Assembly: GCA_020057085.1 (NCBI GenBank)
Contig: JAGVGO010000238.1
Span: forward strand, 1,361 to 65,360
Length of the DNA: 64,000 nucleotides
Direction: 5' to 3'
DNA from: Planctomycetota bacterium
GTDB taxonomy: Bacteria > Planctomycetota > Uabimicrobiia > Uabimicrobiales > JABWCH01
Below the pieces are notes generated by a model. It saw only the letters and a program-made list of their open reading frames with translations, did not search any database and had not been told where the DNA came from. A program made the translations under genes and the position numbers. Positions 1 through 7,586 of the stretch are shown here, in pieces. Numbering within the stretch: the stretch's first letter is position 1; each line of letters starts with the position of its first letter.

Positions 1-548
1 CGTTGCAAATAAAACATTTTTGTGATGAACAACCCTGCTCTTTTTATCATCTCTTGGATCGTATGGTCGGTAAAAAATCTAAGATGAGTATGTTCTAAAA
101 GTCCAGAATCAACATATGCAAAACTACCACACAAAAGTGCAATTCTGACGCTTGCAAAAGCGACATTAGGTAGCGAAATAATTATTTGTGTTTTTTCCCC
201 AATTATTTCCCGTAAGGCCGTTAAAAATGAGAGGGGATCTGGCATATGCTCAAGAACATCGGCAAGCACAATAAAGTCGTAGTTATCCCTTTTGATGAAA
301 TCCAAAAACTCTTGCGCATAACCTGTATAAAAATTCCTATAATATTGTCTGGCTATGCTTGCAGCATATGCATTAGGTTCTATGCCATCAATAATAATTT
401 TTGGGTGTAATTGCTTTAATACAAGTGCAAGCAGCCCATTTCCGGCTCCTATATCTAAGATTGTCGAACAATCATTTACTATCTTACCAATCTGTCGTAG
501 TGGGTTTACCTCATCCTGCAAAACAAATTTGACCGACTCTGTATTCAT
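1..548 (-). CDS. Class I SAM-dependent methyltransferase, 3' end cut by the window edge
   Basis: Absent from the ORF track because it runs off the window. My own translation from the ATG at 548-546 reads MNTESVKFVLQDEVNPLRQIGKIVNDCSTILDIGAGNGLLALVLKQL...DFIVLADVLEHMPDP..., open to position 1. It carries the LDIGAGxG SAM-binding motif I and a VLEH-type motif. The start lies 13 nt after the stop of the upstream ABC ATPase gene. Confidence 0.75.
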   Translation of the reverse strand, partial: MNTESVKFVLQDEVNPLRQIGKIVNDCSTILDIGAGNGLLALVLKQLHPKIIIDGIEPNAYAASIARQYYRNFYTGYAQEFLDFIKRDNYDFIVLADVLEHMPDPLSFLTALREIIGEKTQIIISLPNVAFASVRIALLCGSFAYVDSGLLEHTHLRFFTDHTIQEMIKRAGLFITKMFYLQ

Positions 549-561
549 CTTATAGGTTTCT

Positions 562-1845
562 TCACTTCGGTTGAACATCATCTGCCTCAAACAAATAGGG
601 AATACTCAAAAAACCATGAGATTGATTGCGCGATCCTTCAAAAAAACCACGGCCAATTTCTATAAAAAAAGGGCTACAGTTGTCTACATATGTTAAGGTA
701 TTATTACAATAACTAACAGCAGCGCTTAAAGAATATTTTGCACTGATGACTGGCAGAGAATTAACTATGATTTTGACTCTCAAGGTGCGACTTGACGTTT
801 TGATGGGGCATCCGCACCAGGAAGAAACTACAGTGGTAATTCTTTCCCCCAATTCTGAGTCAATGCCAACCCCCACTACAAGTTCTTTATTGAGAAAGGA
901 ATCTTCAACCTCGGCGTCTAAATGAATATGAAATTTTTCGTCATTAAAAAAGCTATTTATTCTTTTCGATTTTTCATTAGTAATGTAAATATCTTTGAAT
1001 TTAACGCCGCCAGAACCAGCATGTTTTACCAATGCAATTTCTTCATTTTGTTGCGCAGTCAAATAACTGCTTACTACTGGGGAAGCTTTGCCATATTCCA
1101 AGAGGTATCCGGACTTGAGCAATATAGCATGCTCGCAGAGCTTTAATATTGCCCCCATATTGTGGCTTACAAACAGCACTGTCCTGCCTTCTTTGGCCGA
1201 AACATCTTCCATCTTGCCCAGGCACTTCTTTTGGAACTGCGCATCGCCCACGGCCAATACTTCGTCTACCACCAGTATTTCCGGCTCCAGGTGGGCGGCG
1301 ACGGCAAAGGCAAGGCGCACGTACATGCCAGAAGAATAGTGCTTGACAGGCGTATCCAGAAAGTTCTCGACTTCGGCAAAGGCGACGATCTCGTCGAATT
1401 TGCGTTTGATTTCTGCTCTGCTCATGCCCAAGATGGCGCCATTCAGAAAAATATTTTCGCGACCGGTGAGTTCCGGGTGGAAACCGGTACCGACTTCGAG
1501 CAGGCTGGCGACGCGGCCTTTGGTGTAAATTTTGCCTTTGGTCGGTTCGGTGATGCGGCTCAGGATTTTGAGTAGCGTAGATTTGCCGGCGCCGTTACGG
1601 CCAATGATGCCGACGCGGTCGCCTTGTTTGATTTCAAACGAAACGTCCTTGAGCGCCCAAAATTCCTCATGTGCCTGATCTGCTGGCAGCGGGCGGGCCA
1701 ATAAACGGGATAGCGCACGGTGTCCGGCAGTTTTTACCCACTCCGTGATAATATTGCGCAAAGCGGGATGTCGGTCTGTTTTTTTTTGGTGGCCGATGAT
1801 GTATTTTTTGCTGAGATTCTCTACGCGGATTACCGTGTCGCTCAT
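562..1845 (-). CDS. Polysaccharide/O-antigen-type ABC exporter ATP-binding protein (Wzt/TagH-like) with a C-terminal extension
   Basis: 427-aa ORF. Walker A GRNGAGKST, ABC signature YSSGMYVRLAFAVA, Walker B ILVVDEVLAVGD, H-loop VSHN. The N-terminal layout (VENLSKKY...EFWALKDVSFEI) is typical of glycan-exporter ATPases. About 160 aa lie beyond the NBD, as in Wzt proteins that carry a glycan-terminus-binding domain. Confidence 0.9.
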   Translation of the reverse strand: MSDTVIRVENLSKKYIIGHQKKTDRHPALRNIITEWVKTAGHRALSRLLARPLPADQAHEEFWALKDVSFEIKQGDRVGIIGRNGAGKSTLLKILSRITEPTKGKIYTKGRVASLLEVGTGFHPELTGRENIFLNGAILGMSRAEIKRKFDEIVAFAEVENFLDTPVKHYSSGMYVRLAFAVAAHLEPEILVVDEVLAVGDAQFQKKCLGKMEDVSAKEGRTVLFVSHNMGAILKLCEHAILLKSGYLLEYGKASPVVSSYLTAQQNEEIALVKHAGSGGVKFKDIYITNEKSKRINSFFNDEKFHIHLDAEVEDSFLNKELVVGVGIDSELGERITTVVSSWCGCPIKTSSRTLRVKIIVNSLPVISAKYSLSAAVSYCNNTLTYVDNCSPFFIEIGRGFFEGSRNQSHGFLSIPYLFEADDVQPK

Positions 1846-1906
1846 AGTACCACGCTCTTGGCCTGCCTGTCGGCTCTGGTTTGGTATTTTCTTTTTTTTC
1901 AGCCGC

Positions 1907-3292
1907 CTATATCCCTTTTCCGGTCAGGATTATCCAGGCGGTGCGGCAGATGATAAAGAGATCGAGCCAGCAGCTTTGGTGCCTGATGTAGTAGAGATCG
2001 TATTCCAGCCGTGTGGTGGCGCCTTCCAGGTCGTTGACATGGCGGAACTGGACTACCGCCCAGCCGGTCACCCCTGGCTTTGCCAGATGGCGCAAGTCGT
2101 GATTCGGAATGTCACGTGCAAATTGCCGGCACTGCTCGACGGTGAGCGGACGTACACCGACGATGGAGATATCTCCTTTGAATACGTTCCACAACTGCGG
2201 GAACTCATCGAGGTGAATTTTGCGCAAAATTTTGCCGACGCGGGTGACGCGTTTGTCGCCGTTTTCAGTCCACATTGGCCCTTGGTATTCCGCCTCGGTT
2301 ACCATAGTGCGCAATTTCCACAATTTAAAATGCCGTCCGTTTTGGCCGACGCGCAGTTGCGAGTAAAAGATCGGCCCACGTGAATCGAGTTTGATGGCCA
2401 GTGCCAAAAGCGGCAACAAGGGCAGAAAAAATGCCGCACCGATCAGCGTTAGGGCAAAATCCATGGCCCGTTTCGCTACCGTGTAGACGCTACCGGCGAT
2501 CTGGCCTTCAGCCGGCAAAAATGAAGAGTAGCAACCCTGTAAGTAACTGCTGGGGGTTCGTCCCAGAAAGCTTTCATACCATAGTGGCGCCAAAGTGAAG
2601 TTGATGCCTCTCGCTCTGCTCCGGATAAGCTGTTTTAACAGATGGTTTGATGGCAACTTGCAGTCGGCATAAATAATTTCATCCACGTCGTAGGCGGAAA
2701 TTTGTTTTAAATCTCTAAAATTGGCCGTGGCTATGGTCGCTACCACTTCATAGCAATGCGGATAGCAAGCCAGCAATTTTTCTAGCTCTTGCATGTATTT
2801 CGGCTTTCCCAGCAGCATGACGCGCTCTTGCATCGGCTTGCGGGGAAATATGATAAAGTAGGAAAAACGCCAGGCGAATACCAGCGAGCAAGTGATGACG
2901 CAAAACAACGACAGCGAAGCGCGCGGGTAATGATTAGGCGTGAAAAAATAGACAACAGTGATGACTATGCCGATCAATAACGTATTGTATAACGGCTGAA
3001 ACAAGGCGATTTTGCGATTGCGGAAGGTGGCCATGCCATAAGCATCGGTCACCATAGCAAACACCAGCCACAGCCCACACAGTGCCAACACTTCCCAGGC
3101 AAACTGATCCAGCCCGCTATAGATCTGCCAGACGATTAGCGTTGTCGCAGTCGCTATAATCAGGGCAACCATCTCTCCCAAGATCAGAAATATCTTGCGC
3201 CGAGAGAGATTTGGCCGCGGTTTTTTTAGACGAGGTCGCTCCACCTCAAGCTGCTGTGCGATCAACTCTCTTGCCAGTGCTTCTGTTTCCAT
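1907..3292 (-). CDS. Polyprenyl-phosphate glycosyl-1-phosphate transferase (bacterial sugar transferase family, WbaP/EpsB-like)
   Basis: 461-aa ORF with an ATG start. Several N-terminal hydrophobic segments are followed by the sugar transferase domain: KRAMDFALTLIGAAFFLPLLPLLALAIKLDSRGPIFYSQLRVGQNGRHFKLWKLRTM...DEFPQLWNVFKGDISIVGVRP. Confidence 0.9.
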   Translation of the reverse strand: METEALARELIAQQLEVERPRLKKPRPNLSRRKIFLILGEMVALIIATATTLIVWQIYSGLDQFAWEVLALCGLWLVFAMVTDAYGMATFRNRKIALFQPLYNTLLIGIVITVVYFFTPNHYPRASLSLFCVITCSLVFAWRFSYFIIFPRKPMQERVMLLGKPKYMQELEKLLACYPHCYEVVATIATANFRDLKQISAYDVDEIIYADCKLPSNHLLKQLIRSRARGINFTLAPLWYESFLGRTPSSYLQGCYSSFLPAEGQIAGSVYTVAKRAMDFALTLIGAAFFLPLLPLLALAIKLDSRGPIFYSQLRVGQNGRHFKLWKLRTMVTEAEYQGPMWTENGDKRVTRVGKILRKIHLDEFPQLWNVFKGDISIVGVRPLTVEQCRQFARDIPNHDLRHLAKPGVTGWAVVQFRHVNDLEGATTRLEYDLYYIRHQSCWLDLFIICRTAWIILTGKGI

Positions 3293-3303
3293 AATTGTAC
3301 CAA

Positions 3304-3351
3304 TATAAAATCCCTGTCAGCCTACTGGCCTAAGGCGAGTAGACTGGCAGG
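3304..3351 (-). terminator. Candidate intrinsic terminator closing the three-gene unit
   Basis: Read on the minus strand: CCCTGCCAG-T-CTACT, an 11-nt loop, AGTAG-G-CTGACAGGG, then ATTTTATATT. It begins 11 nt after the stop of 3363..5156. The outer stem has one C-A mismatch and the T-tract is short. Confidence 0.5.
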
Positions 3352-3362
3352 GAAGCAAAGTA

Positions 3363-5156
3363 TTAGCTCACTTTGAGCAGTTTGTCATAGAGTGGGAAGG
3401 CGGACGGATGTTCGCCGGCAATGAGCATTTCGATCTGGAAATCGTCCGGCGTCACTTCTGCCTTGCCTTCTGCCTTGATTTTGACCACTTTGAGATCGTC
3501 GGGCGCCTCGGTGCGGAATGTCACCTGCAACGGCACGGCCACTCTTACCTTGAGATTGACGTTCGCCCACAACTGGCTAATGCCACCCACCGTCTTCTGG
3601 TAGCCGAAATTGAGGCGTCTCACTCCGCGTTCGAAAGAGGCCGTGAATTCGCGCGGATGCTGCGCATCCCATTCTTTGTTATCCGGTTCGAGGGTGGTGT
3701 CAACGAGCGTGCCTTCCACCACCTTGCCGACGCGCCAGGTGAATTTCTGGCTCACTTCGGTGTCGAGGCCACCTTTTACGGTAAACATGCGGCCAAGACC
3801 TTTCTGATGGAACTGTACGATGTCGCACACACGCTCGATGCTAAGTTCGTCACTCGGCGCAGAAACACGTGCCTGCGGCACGCGGTTGCGATAGAGGAAC
3901 TCCTTGAACGCGTCGCGGAAATAAGGAATAGCGAACACTCTGCCGCCAAGGATGATGATGGTGTTCTCCGGGCTTTCGCTGAATCCCTTGAAAGTGAGCT
4001 CGCCCAATTTTTCCATGGCCTTGGTAAACTGCTCGCCCATCAGCTCCTCGAAGTGTTTTTTGCCATCAACTGATGACATTTTTTGCCAATCTTCCATCAC
4101 TTTGCGTGACAGGGTGCTGATGCGGTGCATCGGCGTGGCGCCATATCGTTTCTCCTCCTCCTCTTCGAGGAAGGCGCAACTGATGTGGTCGCCGCCAAAA
4201 CCAGTGCGGCCGAGGTAGTTGTGCGACAGCGTCACCGTCTCGCCGACGCGCTTGGCCGAGGCCAACTGGCTGAACGAGTTGACGCGCAGCTTGACGACGC
4301 GGGAGTGCGTGGCGCCGATGGTGACGACGAGGAAATTGATCGGATCGCTCGTGCGCGGCAAGATACCGTAGTGTACCATCAGTTTTTTGAGCTCCAGTTC
4401 CTGCACCGCCAGCTTCGCTTCCATCTGGTCGGTGAGCCAATGGAGGAATGTTACCACCGCTTCCGGCAGGAACACGAACCTCTCGCCCAGCTCCGGTGTT
4501 TCCTCTTCAGCAGGCAACAGCGGCGGGAAGAACTTATCCGCCGTTTCCACTAGCCACTGGCGGTACTGTTTGAGGTCGCCGGATGCGAAATAATCGGGAT
4601 ACTCGATGACGATTTGGCCTATCTGGAACCGCTTCACATCCGAGAAAAAAGTGCGCGCCTTGTGCCACAGGTGCTTGAACTGCGAACGCACGAACATCTG
4701 GTAGATGTCCTTGTTGGTGGGCGACTGATAAAGGCTCTTCTGGCCGTCGCACAGGGTGACGAACGAGGGCAGCTTGGTGCTGTTCAGCAAAAAACGACCC
4801 GGCTGCAGAAACAGTGTACACGGCGGGTCACTGCGGTCGCTCATGAAGTTGCTGAGTGCTTCGTCGCCGAGCGAGATTTCCTGTTCCTGATCGCTCAACA
4901 CTTTCTCGACACGCGCTGCCGCCAGTTCTACTTTCTGCTGCTGGTTCTCCGGCTTCCAGCGCATCACTTCGCTGCCTATCTGGCAGAGGAAGGTGCGCTT
5001 GGTAAACGTCGTACCGAGTGCCAGCCCGAGACAGAGCGACGGCAACTGGTAGCTACGTTTGGGTAACTTGATACCCGGCACGCTCATGGAAGATGGTCCC
5101 ATCGCCGGAACTACCCTGGATCTTGGATTCTTGTATACTTTGTCCCATACGCTCAT
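3363..5156 (-). CDS. Hsp70/actin-fold (ASKHA) ATPase-like protein with substituted catalytic residues; function unknown
   Basis: 597-aa ORF, ATG start preceded by GGAAAGG. Hsp70 NBD landmarks appear in the correct order: LGLALGTTFTK (phosphate-1-like), FLPEAVVTFLHWL (NEPTAAA-like), FLVVTIGATHSRVVKL (phosphate-2-like), IIILGGRVFAIPYFRDAFKEF (adenosine motif-like). The C-terminal region is beta-rich and unlike an Hsp70 substrate-binding domain. The alignment is by eye only. Confidence 0.6.
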   Translation of the reverse strand: MSVWDKVYKNPRSRVVPAMGPSSMSVPGIKLPKRSYQLPSLCLGLALGTTFTKRTFLCQIGSEVMRWKPENQQQKVELAAARVEKVLSDQEQEISLGDEALSNFMSDRSDPPCTLFLQPGRFLLNSTKLPSFVTLCDGQKSLYQSPTNKDIYQMFVRSQFKHLWHKARTFFSDVKRFQIGQIVIEYPDYFASGDLKQYRQWLVETADKFFPPLLPAEEETPELGERFVFLPEAVVTFLHWLTDQMEAKLAVQELELKKLMVHYGILPRTSDPINFLVVTIGATHSRVVKLRVNSFSQLASAKRVGETVTLSHNYLGRTGFGGDHISCAFLEEEEEKRYGATPMHRISTLSRKVMEDWQKMSSVDGKKHFEELMGEQFTKAMEKLGELTFKGFSESPENTIIILGGRVFAIPYFRDAFKEFLYRNRVPQARVSAPSDELSIERVCDIVQFHQKGLGRMFTVKGGLDTEVSQKFTWRVGKVVEGTLVDTTLEPDNKEWDAQHPREFTASFERGVRRLNFGYQKTVGGISQLWANVNLKVRVAVPLQVTFRTEAPDDLKVVKIKAEGKAEVTPDDFQIEMLIAGEHPSAFPLYDKLLKVS

Positions 5157-5196
5157 GATTAATCTGCCTTTCCAAATTTAATACACACACGGATCG

Positions 5197-7491
5197 CTAA
5201 CTCTTCTGGGCGGCTATGCTGGGCAACGGCGGAAGCTTGTCATACACCGTGCGCATTTTGTCATAACACTGGGTGACGATGATGGCCTCTTCTTCCGAGA
5301 TGTCGTCCCTGATATGGAAGGAAGAGGTGATGCGTGGTTTTTGCGCCCACAAATGCTTGCGCAGGCGATCCTGGTTCCACAGAGCGGCAGCCAGTTGGCA
5401 TTCCATGACACTCTGCACCGCTTCCTGGAAAGCTTTGCGTTCTTTGGTGGTGTAGAGTCCCTTCAGTTCCTGTTCCAGGACAGCTGCCGGTTCGAGCAGG
5501 TAGGCGATGACCGCTTCGACCGGGATGTTGCCTTTGATGATGGGCCGGCCCTTCTCTTCCATGAAGGCGACAATCTGGGCAACGACGCGTTCACGCACCT
5601 GTTTGAAGGTGTCTTCCTGGTAAGTGTCCCAGTCTTCCTGGTCTCTCTCGGCATACTGCAACACCTCACGCACCTGCTCCAGAGTCATGTATTTCTTGTC
5701 AACCAGAATCTGGCCGATGCGCACCCTGCGTCCGGTTTCTTTTTCGCCCTCGGCCTGGATGTGTAGAGCCTCCTCGATCTGTTTGGAGCTGGCAAATTTT
5801 TTCTGGATGCAGATTTCACCGAAACGTTCCGGCAAGCGGAACTCTTCGTTGCGCCAGCGCAGATCCTTGAGGTCTTCCATCAGCTTTTCCATGTAGGTGT
5901 CAATTTCTTTGTCGCTGGGACGGCCAGGCGTGATGCGTTTGACGCCGAGGATGGTGAGAAGATCCTTGGCGAACGGCAGAATCTGCGAGCCAAGACGGCT
6001 ATAGCGGATTTCGCTGCCCTGCTCACGCATAACTTTGGCCACTGTGCCCCAGGCAAATTTGATACCGCCGTCGGTGTTGCTGAGGCAGGCATCGAGGTTG
6101 GCATTGACATCGTACAGATAACGGTTGAGGGTCGGGCTGTTTTTGCTCGACTGAAGGAACGGCCGCGATTCCGACTGCGAGAAGTCGAACTTGGTGGCAC
6201 GGGTGAGGAACACATTGCGGAAGGTTTCACCAAGGCCGCGAATCTTGTCCATGACGTTGATTTGCACCCAGTTTTTCCATGATTGCTCCTCGTCAGGGAT
6301 AATCTCATTATTTGGCCCCTGCTTGAACTGTTTGTTCTTGATCGCCTGGTCGGTCGCCTTGTCAACCTTGTTGAGAAAGATAAAGAGACGGTTCTGCAAG
6401 TGGCCATGCTTGCGCGCTTCCTCGAACAGAGCCTGAAATTCGGTATCCACCTGCTGCTCTTCCAGCACCAGGATAAAGATGATGATATCCACCGAGGCCA
6501 CCAGACGCTCAAAGCCCCATCTGTTCTTGAAGGCCTGAATCTGCGAATGAACCATCTGGCGCGGCTTCAGGATATCTGCCTCGTCGCCACCGACACGCAC
6601 ACCGGCGGTATCGTAAACATCAATGTCTTTGAGAATGTCTTCGTCAACGAACAGTTGGGTAATGGCGCCGCAGGTGCGCATCATGAAGTAGGTCTTGGAC
6701 TCTTCCTTGGCCTCTTCGTCGCGGCACAAACGTTTATCTATGAGTGCCTTGGCAATGTGTTGCTCTCTTTCGCCTTTGTCCAGGAAGTTGATGAGTAGAC
6801 TGCGCGGCAGCGGGTTGTGACGCCCGAATTTGCCGCCTTCCGGATCGAAATATTTGGCGATTTCGTGCAGTGTCTCGAAATATTCGGCATCGTCGGCATT
6901 ACCTGTTACCTTGGCCCACGAGAAAATTTCGAGACTCCATTCGACCAACGCTGTGTGCAATTTTTTCTCGTGTGCAGCGTCCTTCTTCTGACTTGGGTCG
7001 CGTGCCACCTTGCCGAGGCGGTCCCATGCTTCGGCCATCTGTGTGTCACGCCGCACCACATTCTGCACTTTGGGCAGATCCGACACCAGTTTGTACAGAT
7101 CGCGCGGCATCAGGAAGGTGACGAGCCCGTGTTCCGCCGGGTTGATAGTGCGCGGATAGCGCAGACGCACTAACATCGGCGTAGTATCGGACGAAGTGGA
7201 AGCCGAAAATTCGCGTAGTCTTGTCAGGAAGCTATTGAGGAGTTCGGTCTTGCCTGCCGAGCTTGTGCCGAGCAGGATGGCGCACGGCGGGCGCTGCGCT
7301 CGTTCCACTACACTCAGTCCGTCGTTGCCGATAGAAGTAAGTTCGTCATCGAGGTCACGCAGTATCTTAAACCCCTTCTGGTCTATGTTGTCCTTGAATG
7401 TCTGTAATGGCCGTACCGCCTTGACGACCTCCCGCATCACTTCCGCCAAGTCGCCCAGTGTACGACAATGTTCTTGATAAGAAGATGGCAT
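5197..7491 (-). CDS. Dynamin-like large GTPase with C-terminal tandem MshEN/T2SSE_N-like helical motifs
   Basis: 764-aa ORF with an ATG start. G1 P-loop GTSSAGKT, G3 DTAGV, G4 NKVD. The large helical remainder fits bacterial dynamin-like proteins. Residues about 556-615 read RFGEICIQKKFASSKQIEEALHIQ...RIGQILVDKKYMTLEQVREVLQY. Confidence 0.75.
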   Translation of the reverse strand: MPSSYQEHCRTLGDLAEVMREVVKAVRPLQTFKDNIDQKGFKILRDLDDELTSIGNDGLSVVERAQRPPCAILLGTSSAGKTELLNSFLTRLREFSASTSSDTTPMLVRLRYPRTINPAEHGLVTFLMPRDLYKLVSDLPKVQNVVRRDTQMAEAWDRLGKVARDPSQKKDAAHEKKLHTALVEWSLEIFSWAKVTGNADDAEYFETLHEIAKYFDPEGGKFGRHNPLPRSLLINFLDKGEREQHIAKALIDKRLCRDEEAKEESKTYFMMRTCGAITQLFVDEDILKDIDVYDTAGVRVGGDEADILKPRQMVHSQIQAFKNRWGFERLVASVDIIIFILVLEEQQVDTEFQALFEEARKHGHLQNRLFIFLNKVDKATDQAIKNKQFKQGPNNEIIPDEEQSWKNWVQINVMDKIRGLGETFRNVFLTRATKFDFSQSESRPFLQSSKNSPTLNRYLYDVNANLDACLSNTDGGIKFAWGTVAKVMREQGSEIRYSRLGSQILPFAKDLLTILGVKRITPGRPSDKEIDTYMEKLMEDLKDLRWRNEEFRLPERFGEICIQKKFASSKQIEEALHIQAEGEKETGRRVRIGQILVDKKYMTLEQVREVLQYAERDQEDWDTYQEDTFKQVRERVVAQIVAFMEEKGRPIIKGNIPVEAVIAYLLEPAAVLEQELKGLYTTKERKAFQEAVQSVMECQLAAALWNQDRLRKHLWAQKPRITSSFHIRDDISEEEAIIVTQCYDKMRTVYDKLPPLPSIAAQKS

Positions 7492-7586
7492 ATTGACTCT
7501 GCCTTTCTAAAATTGACATGCTGTAACCCGGGCCGCCGGATCGAGCCTGCGGCCACGGGACAGTCCGTTAGATTGACAAGAAACGG

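Noticed and set aside
355-555. 66-aa plus-strand ORF from the track
   Set aside because: It lies entirely inside the minus-strand methyltransferase reading frame, which has clear SAM-binding motifs. It is a shadow ORF.
5157-5196. Similar about 20-nt sequences upstream of the Hsp70-like and dynamin-like starts (GAAAGGCAGA..T.AAT..ATG at 5157-5180 and 7492-7515)
   Set aside because: The shared part is essentially the Shine-Dalgarno region and is too short to call a repeat element. It is noted only as consistent with coordinated translation.
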